In this document: one piece after another, positions 1 through 9,254 of the stretch
How the letters are laid out: each line of letters begins with the position of its first letter
Position numbering within the stretch: the stretch's first letter is position 1
NCBI GenBank assembly: GCA_021817125.1
Contig: JAKAWC010000002.1
Location: forward strand, 3,589-67,588
Direction of reading: 5' to 3'
Origin: Candidatus Micrarchaeota archaeon
GTDB lineage: Archaea; Micrarchaeota; Micrarchaeia; Micrarchaeales; CABMGC01
DNA length: 64,000 bases
Position numbers and translations under genes: made by a program
The notes under the pieces: generated by a model
Databases searched by the model: none
What the model saw: only the letters and a program-made list of their open reading frames with translations
What the model was told of the DNA's origin: nothing

Positions 1-1194
1 GTGCCGACAGTAATCAGGACGATAAACGACCACGAGCTCGGCGCGATAATCAACTTTGGGCTCAACAACCTCGACATAGTCCGGGCGGTCAACTTCCAGC
101 CCGTCTCCCTTGTGGGCAGAATGCCTCCAAGGCTGAGGGAGAAGCAGAGGATAACCATCCCTGGCGCGATCAAGCTCATAGACGAGCAGACGAACGGGGT
201 GATAGCGAAGGATGACTGGAAGTCCGTGCCATACGCAGGTGGAATAACCAAGTTCATAGAGGCGCTCTCCGGGGACTTTGGATACGACCTCTCGATACAC
301 TTCGCATGCGGGTGCGGAACTTATCTCTTTATAGACGGAGACAACAAGATAATCCCGATAACAAGGTTCCTGGACGTGGACACGTTCGTGGAGACCCTGC
401 AGCATGCCGTTGAGGAGATGCAGGGCAAGAACAGGCTCCTGAGGAGGTTCATCGCAGCCAAGGCGCTCATGAAGATGCCGAGCATGATAGAGAAGAAGAA
501 CCAACCAAAGTCGGTCAACTTCAGCTCGCTTATGACCTCGATACTCATGAAGCACGACTTCCACTCGATGGGCGTCTTCCACACCAAGACGATGTTCGTG
601 GGGATGATGCACTTCCAGGACGAGTACACCTACGACATCAAGAGGGTAGAGAAATGCGACATACACTATGCGATGCCCGACGGTCAAGTGCTGCCGTTCT
701 GCACGTTCAACGTCTTCCCAGAAGTGTACAGGGACAAGATCCAGAAGCAGTACTCCATCCCGGCGAAGGAGTGGAAGGTGATGCACAATGACTGGAACTA
801 TGCGGCCGACAAGCTGCACAGGGATATCAAAGCGCTAGAATCATCGCCGGAATACCTTAAGACGTACGGCGAGATGATAGACTACTTCGCGCTTCCCGTA
901 AATGGCGGCAGGGGAGTCAAGAACTTCGCACCGCCTGCTGCGAGGCCGATGACCCCTCCGATAGTTGCGGTCGCAAAGTCTGTCGCGGCTGCGGCGCCCA
1001 TGGCGCAGAAGACCATTGCACCAAAGGAGGACGTCTGCGGTTGCGGCGGCAAGCCCACAGAGGCCGCGAGCGGCGACGGTTGCGGCTGCGGGAAGGGAGG
1101 CAGCGGAGGCTGCGGCTGCGGCAACGACGCAGGTTCCAAGTCCGAGGACAGCTGCGGCTGCGGAGGCAAAGGAGGCTGCGGCTGCGGGGAATGA
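1..1194 (+). CDS. C-terminal ~400 aa of a radical-SAM-family enzyme resembling the COG1964 / tetraether lipid synthase (Tes, GDGT-MAS) group, ending in a Cys-Gly repeat tail; the 5' end runs off the window
   Basis: The ORF is open to position 1. Segments HFACGCGTY and KCDIHYAMPDGQVLPFCTFNVFPEVYRDKI match my memory of MJ0619/Tes-like proteins. The CxxxCxxC radical SAM core would lie upstream of the window. The last ~52 aa carry five CGCG motifs. Coding status is near certain; the family call is moderate. Confidence 0.5.
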   Translation: MPTVIRTINDHELGAIINFGLNNLDIVRAVNFQPVSLVGRMPPRLREKQRITIPGAIKLIDEQTNGVIAKDDWKSVPYAGGITKFIEALSGDFGYDLSIHFACGCGTYLFIDGDNKIIPITRFLDVDTFVETLQHAVEEMQGKNRLLRRFIAAKALMKMPSMIEKKNQPKSVNFSSLMTSILMKHDFHSMGVFHTKTMFVGMMHFQDEYTYDIKRVEKCDIHYAMPDGQVLPFCTFNVFPEVYRDKIQKQYSIPAKEWKVMHNDWNYAADKLHRDIKALESSPEYLKTYGEMIDYFALPVNGGRGVKNFAPPAARPMTPPIVAVAKSVAAAAPMAQKTIAPKEDVCGCGGKPTEAASGDGCGCGKGGSGGCGCGNDAGSKSEDSCGCGGKGGCGCGE

Positions 1195-1301
1195 CTCCAT
1201 TTAACTTTTATTCTTACCTTTTCCAGTAATAGCTGCAGACGGCTACCGAAGTGATATGCGTGGACCGAAGAACCGAACCTGAGAACAAGACACAGGAGGA
1301 C

Positions 1302-1889
1302 ATGAATGCGGAGTCCGACTACATTACTGACAAGAACGGCATAAGGGTGAGGATGCCGTACAAGACAATAAAGCTCGTAGAGTTCGACAACCTGGACCCT
1401 AAGGAGCTTATAGACATCCCACACAGCGCAAGAGTGCAGTACAGGCTTCTCCTAATGGATGCCGTGCTCCGCGCAAAGGTCGAGTTCGTAAAGAGGAAGG
1501 CTACAGTTATATACAACCACCCCGAAGCCAAGAACTACAAAGACAAGATAAACCAGCAGCAGCTCATCGAGTTCTTCGAGAAGGAGGGGATACATGTCGA
1601 CAGGAACGCGATCAAGGAGCGCGATTACGATTATGTGAAGGAGCACTACACATACGCATTCGAAGCCCCGGAGATCCGCGAGTCGGTCCCATATGGTTAC
1701 ACGAAGGAGGAGTGGCACAAGTACAAGGAGGAGGCTGCGCGGAAGAAGCAGGAAGAGCGCGCGCAGAAGCTGAAGGCCACAGAATCCGGGGAGGTTGGAG
1801 TACAGGAGGATGATGAAGAGAATCTAGTGAAAGGTGTCTCGGACCTGATAAAACAGGTATTCGCAAAGTTCAGGAGCATAAACAACTGA
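1302..1889 (+). CDS. hypothetical protein with a possible degenerate HMA-like (ferredoxin-fold) segment and a Lys/Glu-rich C-terminus
   Basis: ORF track 1251..1889; ATG at 1302 is in frame, with GTG 1251 as an alternative start. The segment RAKVEFVKRKATVIYNHPEAK..LIEFFEKEGIHV resembles an HMA beta-alpha-beta-beta-alpha-beta layout but lacks CxxC. Confidence 0.45.
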   Translation: MNAESDYITDKNGIRVRMPYKTIKLVEFDNLDPKELIDIPHSARVQYRLLLMDAVLRAKVEFVKRKATVIYNHPEAKNYKDKINQQQLIEFFEKEGIHVDRNAIKERDYDYVKEHYTYAFEAPEIRESVPYGYTKEEWHKYKEEAARKKQEERAQKLKATESGEVGVQEDDEENLVKGVSDLIKQVFAKFRSINN

Positions 1890-1892
1890 TCT

Positions 1893-2612
1893 TCAGCCTC
1901 TCTTTGCGGCTTCGAGCACCTTTGCAGTGTCCAACTCGCCTATCGTGGCGAAAGGCACTGTCATGCCTCCTGGAAACGCTACGCTGACCCCATCATCTTC
2001 GCCGACCGTAATAGTCAGCCTACGGCTGGAGTACCGCACTCCTCTTATCTCCCCCGCCCCCGGGCTGCTCCTCACAATAAACGACGCCCTTTTTGCGCCG
2101 ATAGCATAGACGCTCCCCGTCTTCGTGTCAGCTACATATGGATGCATTACCACTATCGCGTCGGCGATGCCCGTCCTCAGGCTCTCGTCGGCGTGGTTTA
2201 CGAAGGCTACTGTCATGTGGTTGTATCCGATGCTCGGGTTCTCACCGGCTAGCACAGTAAATACGCGGCCGCGCAGATTGAAGACAGGGGACTCAAGTGG
2301 ATTCGTATGGATAACCCCTGCGCTCTGGATCCTTGCTATCTTCATGTCCCTAATCATAAGCAGGGTATGGCCATCGATGATTATCCCCGGCCTGACGTCA
2401 AACATCGGCAGGAGCACAAGGCCCTCCTTCTCCGTGCCTCTCAGCATCTTCATCCTTGTAGCTGCCACCGAGATGTCAAAGATGTCCGTGAACAGAGCCT
2501 CGGCAGCCGCCCTGTCCTGCTGGCCACGCAGAAGCGTCCTAAACCCACGGTCGCTGAGCGCTTCACTCGCCCTTACCCCAAGCAACACCTGCCTTTCTTC
2601 GCTTCTGCCCAA
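1893..2612 (-). CDS. conserved-looking hypothetical protein (239 aa), no family recognised
   Basis: The ORF has ordinary globular composition. A TATA-like ctatttatagg (read on the + strand) lies ~45 nt upstream of the start at 2612. Confidence 0.6.
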   Translation of the reverse strand: MGRSEERQVLLGVRASEALSDRGFRTLLRGQQDRAAAEALFTDIFDISVAATRMKMLRGTEKEGLVLLPMFDVRPGIIIDGHTLLMIRDMKIARIQSAGVIHTNPLESPVFNLRGRVFTVLAGENPSIGYNHMTVAFVNHADESLRTGIADAIVVMHPYVADTKTGSVYAIGAKRASFIVRSSPGAGEIRGVRYSSRRLTITVGEDDGVSVAFPGGMTVPFATIGELDTAKVLEAAKRG

Positions 2613-2744
2613 CGCATCACTACGGAAAACGTATCTCCTCTCTGTTCAATCCACTATTTATAGGTATCTTTGATAATGGCTTTGTAGAAATAATGGCATT
2701 AAAACGACAGACTTAGATTAAAACTACGAAGCCTTCGATAATGG

Positions 2745-4154
2745 CTACGCCTCGAGGTTGCGCTTCATCGTGTTCACGAAGTGCCTGATTATCTCGTTTC
2801 TGTTCTCGTCATTGCTAAGCTTGATGGTGCCCGCGCTCATGTGACCCCCTCCCGAGTCGACGTTGGTGTACGCATCCTTCATCTCCCTTATCGCCCCGAG
2901 CAGGTTTGTCTTGTCCGCTATCTTCTTGTCCACGCGGACTGAGACGAACCTGTTGAAGTGGAGCACGACCACGCACGGCTCCGGATTCAGCTCTGCAACT
3001 TTGTCGAGGAGTTTCGACGCGAACCTGCCCGGAAGCGGATACCTCGACGTATCGTCCCGCACGTCCTTGAAGTCCACGATGAATATCCTGGCACTGCCAG
3101 CCTTCTGCATCTTCACGGACCTCAGCGCCGCGGCTATTGCCTCGTCCAGCTTGTTCTTCGCGTAGTCGAGGAGCTCTTCGGTCCTTTTCCCATCTATCAC
3201 CACCGAGTTTATCCCCTCTGGCGAGAGGTTCGAGTCCCTCGCGCCTGTGACTATGCTGGTGTCGCTTGTCAGCAGGTCGAGGAGCATGGAGAGCTTTCTG
3301 CCGCTTTCCGTAGGCCTCGAGTACTCGCTGTAGTCTCCTATGAATGATGCCTCGGCAAGGTCCGAGACATCTACGCCCGAGAAAGTCCTTGCAAACGTGC
3401 AAGCCAGAAAACCTGCAGTGTAGTTTGAGTCTCCGCCATACTGCCATGGATTTATATAATGCTCAAGGGAGAATCCTCCGAACCCCTTCTCGAGCGGGTG
3501 GTGGTCCAGCCAGATTATATCGAACCTCTTCGAGACGACATCTATCCCGCTATTGCTCTCGACAGATGTTCCAAAGTCGATTATGAGTAGCAACGGCTTT
3601 TCTATGGATGCATAACCATTGGATAGCATGTAATCTCCAGAAGCGTCATCCGAGGCGTAGGCAACGCTCCTGTGCATCTTCCAGCTGATGTTCCCTGCAG
3701 CGCCGATTCCTGTCTTTGCGCCAAGCTCCTCCAACGCCTTGTATACCGCGTACGCTCCAGACGAACCATCTGCATCGTTGTGAAAGCGTATCATTATCGG
3801 CACTCCAAGTAATAGTTTCCTGATGAACAGCCGGGCCGCGGCCGAGAGCTTGGGCCACATCTTCGTGGTAGCATCGTCAAGGCCCTTCTGCCCGTGCTTG
3901 TAAGGCTTGTTCTTGACGTGCCTCTTTGCAGATGCGCCAGCACCGTCGACTACGCCCTTTGCAATCTTCTCGTCGAAACTGATCGCAGCGGTCCTGATAA
4001 TCCCGTCTTCAGGCTCGAACTCTGCCAGCTCTCCCTCTTTCAGCACGATTGTGCTCTTGAATGTCCTGCAGGAGCCGCTGTCTGCATCCACCACGCTGTA
4101 GACGTTCTCTTCCGGCGAACCTCCGTGCTTTACACATGATACGACTCCTCTCAT
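2745..4154 (-). CDS. DHH-family phosphoesterase, archaeal RecJ/GAN (Cdc45-like) nuclease
   Basis: Motifs HNDADGSSG, IIWLDHHP (DHH) and SGGGHMSAG (DHHA1 GGGH), in the canonical order. Ends in TAG. Confidence 0.8.
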   Translation of the reverse strand: MRGVVSCVKHGGSPEENVYSVVDADSGSCRTFKSTIVLKEGELAEFEPEDGIIRTAAISFDEKIAKGVVDGAGASAKRHVKNKPYKHGQKGLDDATTKMWPKLSAAARLFIRKLLLGVPIMIRFHNDADGSSGAYAVYKALEELGAKTGIGAAGNISWKMHRSVAYASDDASGDYMLSNGYASIEKPLLLIIDFGTSVESNSGIDVVSKRFDIIWLDHHPLEKGFGGFSLEHYINPWQYGGDSNYTAGFLACTFARTFSGVDVSDLAEASFIGDYSEYSRPTESGRKLSMLLDLLTSDTSIVTGARDSNLSPEGINSVVIDGKRTEELLDYAKNKLDEAIAAALRSVKMQKAGSARIFIVDFKDVRDDTSRYPLPGRFASKLLDKVAELNPEPCVVVLHFNRFVSVRVDKKIADKTNLLGAIREMKDAYTNVDSGGGHMSAGTIKLSNDENRNEIIRHFVNTMKRNLEA

Positions 4155-4182
4155 AGAAATGCCTCAGTCAGGGCAGACGTGG

Positions 4183-5277
4183 CTAACCTCCTCCATTTAC
4201 CCTAGATGCGTTGAAATGCATGTCCTGGACGCAGGCGCTGTTCGCAGTGGCGTTCTTTATCAGCCCGCAGTACGCAGTGTCATTGTAGCGCTCGGCCAGA
4301 GAAAGATAGCATTGGTATATCGAGCTGTTGCCTCCCTGCAGGGTGGTGCACAGCGTCGCGTTCCTGGTGCCGATGGCTTCCTCGATTGTTATGGACTCGA
4401 TGCACGTCTGCTTGTATGCCGACGACACGCTCTGGCAGCTGTTGAGTAATTGGGTGTAGTTAAGCGATGTGCCGTTCGTACGGGACCTGCTGCTCAGCGA
4501 GGTGCAGAACGTCGCCAGGTTGCTGTTCGAGACCCTCGTGCAGTACGTGCTGTTGGATGCTTGCAGCGCGAAAAGCACGTAGCACGCGTCCCGCGACGTA
4601 AATTGCTGGTTTAGCGTGTAACTCTCGTAGCTTTCCATGTTGCTCACGCCCGTATAGCTAATCCCCCCGTTAGACCCGTAGCTCAGGTTTTCTAGGGTCA
4701 TCAGGCTTACCGACCGGTTTGTGTCGTTGCTCGCGCTGGCGCAGTAGGTCGAGTTCTTGAATACAAGCGCCTTGTTTATGTCTATCGCCGAGCTGCACGC
4801 CGCCATCCTGTCAAAGCTCCCCGTCTTGGCGCAGGCGGACTGGTTGTAGCCCCTTATGGCGAGCTGCATATAGCAGCCAGATGAGGCGTCTGACGACGCG
4901 AGTCCGCATTCAGAGTAATTATCCGTCGCGTTGGCTATGAACACCACGCACGAGTCGTACTGCGATGAGTTCGCTATCTCCGAGCACGTGGTTGCATTGC
5001 CTGTCTTCTCGGCGACGGCAGAGTAACACGCATAGGAGTTCTGACCAGGCAGGTACGAACAGACAGATGCGTTGAGCGACTCCAGTGCCAGTTGGCCAAG
5101 GCAGTTGTACTTGTTCTGTGGTATCCATGTGCCCAGGCACTGGTTTAAGAGCGAACCCCTAGGTATAAACGCGGAACCCAGTGCGAGCAGTACCAATATG
5201 ACCACCGTTGCGACGATAAGCCTTGCCCTTATCTGTTCGTCGTTGAGGATATCTCTTCCCTGTGCCATGCTATACAT
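4183..5277 (-). CDS. membrane-anchored extracellular Cys-rich repeat glycoprotein (about 25-aa sequon-Cys repeat units)
   Basis: N-terminal signal anchor (LIVATVVILVLLALGSAF). Repeated units of the form N-x-S/T-x-C-x(9-10)-C, e.g. NASVCSYLPGQNSYAC, NATTCSEIANSSQYDSC, NYSECGLASSDASSGC, NQSACAKTGSFDRMAAC. The ATG at 5277 overlaps the TGA of the upstream gene by 1 nt. Confidence 0.7.
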   Translation of the reverse strand: MYSMAQGRDILNDEQIRARLIVATVVILVLLALGSAFIPRGSLLNQCLGTWIPQNKYNCLGQLALESLNASVCSYLPGQNSYACYSAVAEKTGNATTCSEIANSSQYDSCVVFIANATDNYSECGLASSDASSGCYMQLAIRGYNQSACAKTGSFDRMAACSSAIDINKALVFKNSTYCASASNDTNRSVSLMTLENLSYGSNGGISYTGVSNMESYESYTLNQQFTSRDACYVLFALQASNSTYCTRVSNSNLATFCTSLSSRSRTNGTSLNYTQLLNSCQSVSSAYKQTCIESITIEEAIGTRNATLCTTLQGGNSSIYQCYLSLAERYNDTAYCGLIKNATANSACVQDMHFNASRVNGGG

Positions 5278-6011
5278 CAACCGTACGCCGAGACGTCCTC
5301 GGCCGCAAGTATCCTAAACCCTGCAGGTGAGATGTCGTAAGGAGTAGTCACGAAGCTGTGCTTCGCACCGCGCATCTTTATGACCTCTATCGCAGGCATC
5401 CTTTTTGCCTCATCTCCGGTCTGGTACATTATTATTATCCCGTCGAATATGAAGAACTCCGGCTTGAAGCGCAGCTTTGCCCTGTCCGGGTTGCCCATCT
5501 CTGCAATGAGAAGCGAGGTGACTCCAAGCCTCTTGAGGTTCCTCGTCATCGCCATCATCGATCTCCGGTAGGATATCTTATCGCTCATCAGGACGTCGAG
5601 CAGGGATATGGAATCGAGCACCATCGCCTTGGCTCCCGTCTGCGTTATTATCGATTCGATCTCAGCTATAAGCCTGCCGAAGCTGTATTCGGAGCTCTCC
5701 GAGTCGCTGGCATATAACCCGGTCGAGGCCTCGCTGTCTATGACGAGTTGCTTGCTCTCGATGAGCTGGTCGATGTCCGTGAGCTCCGGGAAAGCGGTCT
5801 TCGCGTTCGCTATGACTGCCTTCGGGTCCTCCTCGAGCGCGAACATCACGCTCTTTCTTCCGGCCTTCGCGTTGCGGTACGCGTATTCAAAGCCGAGTAA
5901 CGTCTTCCCCGCGCCCGGCCCTCCGGATACGAGCACCTGGTTCTTTTCAGGTATGCCTCCGTATAGCATCGCGTCGAGACCAGGTATGCCCGTCTTGAAC
6001 TGGTTTACCAT
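5277..6011 (-). CDS. single-domain KaiC-like / RecA-superfamily ATPase
   Basis: GIPGLDAMLYGGIPEKNQVLVSGGPGAGKT (Walker A) and the hydrophobic strand MVLDSISLL (Walker B-like). The 244-aa length is typical of archaeal KaiC-like ATPases. Confidence 0.8.
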   Translation of the reverse strand: MVNQFKTGIPGLDAMLYGGIPEKNQVLVSGGPGAGKTLLGFEYAYRNAKAGRKSVMFALEEDPKAVIANAKTAFPELTDIDQLIESKQLVIDSEASTGLYASDSESSEYSFGRLIAEIESIITQTGAKAMVLDSISLLDVLMSDKISYRRSMMAMTRNLKRLGVTSLLIAEMGNPDRAKLRFKPEFFIFDGIIIMYQTGDEAKRMPAIEVIKMRGAKHSFVTTPYDISPAGFRILAAEDVSAYG

Positions 6012-6101
6012 CCTCCCACTTACTCATAAGAGTATAGGAGATTAGTCTTTAAATACGTTGATATGCCTAGTATAAGCATATCCTAGCGGTTAGGTGCATC
6101 T

Positions 6102-6872
6102 ATGGACAAACGCGTGCTACTTGTGGGCATAGTTCTGATAATCATCTCTCTATTCGTCGCCTCTGAGGCGGTTCAGCCGATATTTAATGCGATGCAGAAC
6201 ACAAACGCCACATCGCAGGTCATATCGCTAATGCCGCATGGCGCATCATACCTCCACATCCCGCTAAACCAGAGCTCGGTACTGGTCGTGGCTTTCACCG
6301 CTGGCCAGAACGTCAGCTTCTACTTCATGAACCGGTCAGCGTTCACCGTAATGCTGCCATCCATTACTGCCAACCGGTCGCTTACGATGCAGGCGACAGG
6401 GCTTGAGGGCAACGGCATAATCGAGACAATGCAGAATTACACGTCGGGTTCCTTCCCATACGAGAGCACTCCGGCGAGGCCCGCGTCGGTATATGTCGCG
6501 CCAAACACGACTCTGCTCGGGACGGGGGATTATTATGCTGTTTTCTACGATCCTTCCCAAGCCAACACCACCGTGCTCGTGAAGTACAACATTGTGCCTC
6601 TGTCTGCCATCTCCCCAGCCAGCACAAACTTCGCCGTAGTCAGCATACTGGCGTTCATAATCTTCCTGGCCGGTGCGGTACTTACGATATATGGCCTCAT
6701 CAGGAAGCCAAAGACCGACCAGAACACGGTCTCCGATGCAAAGGCGGCGAGCGATAAGGCGGAGATGCAGCGCGAGGTCGACAGGCTATATGCGGGAGTA
6801 GGGAAGCATAGTGGCAGGCAGGCGGAGGACCACCGGCGCAGGGCCAATCAATCAACGCGTAAGGAGAAATAG
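6102..6872 (+). CDS. bitopic membrane glycoprotein, hypothetical
   Basis: N-terminal TM/signal (LLVGIVLIIISLFVASEA), many N-x-S/T sequons, a second TM (FAVVSILAFIIFLAGAVLTIYGLI) and a charged cytoplasmic tail. A TATA-like tctttaaatacg lies ~50 nt upstream. Confidence 0.65.
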   Translation: MDKRVLLVGIVLIIISLFVASEAVQPIFNAMQNTNATSQVISLMPHGASYLHIPLNQSSVLVVAFTAGQNVSFYFMNRSAFTVMLPSITANRSLTMQATGLEGNGIIETMQNYTSGSFPYESTPARPASVYVAPNTTLLGTGDYYAVFYDPSQANTTVLVKYNIVPLSAISPASTNFAVVSILAFIIFLAGAVLTIYGLIRKPKTDQNTVSDAKAASDKAEMQREVDRLYAGVGKHSGRQAEDHRRRANQSTRKEK

Positions 6873-6916
6873 GCAGATAAGACAAAAAGAGGGTAAGGAG
6901 AGTGGATCTTATCTGC
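6873..6916 (+). terminator. perfect 10-bp inverted repeat (GCAGATAAGA ... TCTTATCTGC) immediately after the stop codon at 6870-6872
   Basis: The arms at 6873-6882 and 6907-6916 are exact reverse complements, read directly from the sequence. The function (terminator or binding site) is inferred. Confidence 0.35.
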
Positions 6917-6995
6917 GCAATGAAGTTGATTTGGAAGAAAAGCTTTATAAATCTTGTCGAACCTGTAAGCTTATTGTCTAAGTATAGTTCGTCAG

Positions 6996-7724
6996 ATGGT
7001 ATTTAAATCTTGCGAACCTAGAATATATGATAACATGGACAGCCTTCGAGAGAGAATTGCAGGCGAGATCGCGCTATCCGAGAATCCCGGCAGCACGATG
7101 AAGAAATGGCGAGAGCTTTTCGGCATATCGCAGGTTGAACTCTCAAAGAACCTTAAGATATCCACTTCGACAATAAGCGACTATGAGGGCAACAGGAGGG
7201 CAAGCCCGGGGGTAAAGATAATCAAGCGGTTCGTGGACGCGCTCTTCGTGATAGACGAGACTAAGGGCAACGAGGTCGTCAGGAACCTCGAGAAGTTCAA
7301 CCTTCCGCAGGAGAAGACCGCTTTCTACAATATACACGATTTCACTGCGCCGATATCCGGCATAGACTTCGCCAGGATTATAGACGCGAAGATAGCATCG
7401 AACCCTGGTTACCTCGACTCGATGAAGCTCTTCGGATACACGCTGCTCGACAGCCTCCGCGTCATACTCGAGATATCTCCGGCGGAGTACCCGAGGCTGT
7501 TCGGGACAACGAACGAGAGGGCATTCATCTTCGACCAGGTCAGCACCGGAAGGTCGCCGATGGTGGTGATACGCGTCGCACCGATAAAGCCCAGGCTGGT
7601 CGTCATTCAGAACATAGATTCTGTCGACAAGTTAGCCATAAAGATATCGCAGATTGAGAAGATACCGCTGCTCACCACAAAGCTCACGACAGAGGAGATA
7701 AAGCTCAGGCTGAACAACATATAA
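6996..7724 (+). CDS. archaeal XRE-type HTH transcription regulator (COG1395-like)
   Basis: The HTH segment MKKWRELFGISQVELSKNLKISTSTISDYEGNRR is followed by a ~170-aa C-terminal domain. It lies directly upstream of NAC. An alternative start is ATG 7035. Confidence 0.7.
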   Translation: MVFKSCEPRIYDNMDSLRERIAGEIALSENPGSTMKKWRELFGISQVELSKNLKISTSTISDYEGNRRASPGVKIIKRFVDALFVIDETKGNEVVRNLEKFNLPQEKTAFYNIHDFTAPISGIDFARIIDAKIASNPGYLDSMKLFGYTLLDSLRVILEISPAEYPRLFGTTNERAFIFDQVSTGRSPMVVIRVAPIKPRLVVIQNIDSVDKLAIKISQIEKIPLLTTKLTTEEIKLRLNNI

Positions 7725-7733
7725 GTGATTCCT

Positions 7734-8087
7734 ATGATGCCGAACATGGACCCAAGGGCACTCAAGCGCATGATGGAGAGCATGGGCATCAGGCAGACGG
7801 AGGTCGATGCCCAGAGGGTGGTGATAGAGTGCGTGGACAGGGACATAGTGATTGAGCCGGCGCAGGTCACAATAATCGATGCCAAGGGCCAGAAGACATA
7901 CACCATAAACGGGGAGGCTGTGGAGCGACCGAAGGAGGTGCAGGGGGCGAAGATTGAGATAAACGACGATGACGTGCAGACCGTCCAGGCCCAGACCGGC
8001 GCCGACGCAGACCGCGCCCGCGCCGCACTCGAGGAGACAAACGGCGACATTGCCGAAGCGATAATGCGGCTGAAGAAAGAGGGTTAA
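7734..8087 (+). CDS. nac: nascent polypeptide-associated complex protein (archaeal NAC) with C-terminal UBA domain
   Basis: NPRALKRMMESMGI, a NAC beta-barrel segment (VVIECVDRDIVIEPAQVTIIDAKGQKTY) and a UBA-like tail (DRARAALEETNGDIAEAIMRL). The start is ambiguous among GTG 7725, ATG 7734 and ATG 7737. Confidence 0.9.
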   Translation: MMPNMDPRALKRMMESMGIRQTEVDAQRVVIECVDRDIVIEPAQVTIIDAKGQKTYTINGEAVERPKEVQGAKIEINDDDVQTVQAQTGADADRARAALEETNGDIAEAIMRLKKEG

Positions 8088-8425
8088 GACAGCCTGTCCT
8101 AACGCACAATGTAATCACTATCTCAAATAGTTGCATGCGACTAAGTTAACGTTACGTGACTACTAAACAGAGGAACCCTAACCCAGATAACCTTGCCCCG
8201 CTTTCACCTGAGACTTCGACTGACTGATGTAGGGCCATGTAGTCATATACCCGGTGTAGTCAATCACTATGCTCTTCATAGGGTAATCTCATCTGAATAC
8301 CGCTTGGTTGCTACTGCTTTGTCGGGTGAGTGAGCTGCCGATAGCGGAGACTAAGGAAGCATTGGCTCGCGCCCCGTTCTCGGCGCTCCGCGCCTCGGCA
8401 TGGGAGCGCTCGCATGCAGCGCGGC

Positions 8426-9214
8426 TCATCTGTCCTTGCATATTATGGCGATGAATCGACCGTCCTCTTTGTAATGCTTAGAGTCAATGAATCTCTTCAC
8501 ATTCCAACCTGTACCTGCTAGTATCTCCTTTACTTCCCTCTTTGATGCAAAGAGGGCATCGAACCAGTCGGTCGCATACTGCATGAACCTTACTCTCTCC
8601 CTGAGCTGGCCAGGCATCCTGCCGCGCTTTAGGTTCCTCTTGTGATATGCAAAATGCACCAGATTGTCGGTTATATATGGATCCCTACTCTCCGCTATCA
8701 AGTTGCAGTCATCTGAGGTGATCATTTCCAGATCCTTTAGAAAGTCCCTTGCCTGAGTCTTACTGCCCAGAAGAGCAAACCCCTTCCCTCACAGCAAAAC
8801 AGTGCTGAAAGGACCTTTTAGATCTCGTATCCTCTTGTGGCTAAGAACTCTCGCGCTTTTCACCCCCCTCAGCTTGCACACCTTTATTGCCATCGGAGAC
8901 TCATCTATTCCTAGGCTGTCAAATCCTTTTGATTGGAGGTAAAGCTCTGCCCTGCCTGCACCACAGCCGACATCCAGACACCTGTCTTTTGCATATTTGA
9001 TTGCTTCCCTCTCGTGCACGTCCCAGTCTTTGTAGCTCAAGAAGTAATCTTTTGCAGTCGGGGAAATGTTCACAAACCCATCATCCCTCTCAAAAACAAG
9101 AAAGCTCGGCTTGCCATTGTAGTAATTTAGATATGCGTGACCCCAGGCATCCTTTATATCGTTCAAATATCTCACCAAAAATGCAGTTCTGTTAACATTC
9201 TTACTATTGTACAC
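8426..9214 (-). pseudogene. class I SAM-dependent methyltransferase interrupted by one in-frame TGA (8789-8791)
   Basis: ORFs 8789..9214 and 8426..8725 are in the same frame. I translated the 63-nt gap, and the whole reads ...STVLL*GKGFALLGSKTQARDFLKDLEMITSDD.... Motif I, LDVGCGAGR, lies in the N-terminal part. The start is GTG at 9214. Confidence 0.7.
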
Positions 9215-9254
9215 ATATATAACCTTTTTAAATACCTACTGCGATGAGTAGGAT

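Noticed and set aside
2669-2748. Direct repeat GATAATGGCT (two copies 64 bp apart) as a possible C/D-box sRNA or regulatory repeat
   Set aside because: There are no canonical C/D boxes. The second copy overlaps the stop region of the RecJ-like gene, and a 10-nt match in AT-rich intergenic DNA can arise by chance.
8088-8425. SRP RNA, RNase P RNA or C/D-box sRNA in the ORF-free gap after nac
   Set aside because: I could not find the conserved RNase P (GGAAAGUCC) or SRP helix-8 motifs. I also found no canonical C (RUGAUGA) and D (CUGA) box pair at sensible spacing on either strand. This is left only as a region to scan with Infernal.
8789-8791. Selenocysteine (TGA at 8789-8791) or pyrrolysine (TAG at 14924-14926) recoding of the in-frame stops
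   Set aside because: TGA and TAG both terminate clearly complete neighbouring genes (for example TGA at 1192-1194 and 12325-12327; TAG at 2745-2747 and 4183-4185). I saw no SECIS-like hairpin and no pyl or sel genes in the window. Nonsense mutation or a sequencing error is the simpler explanation.
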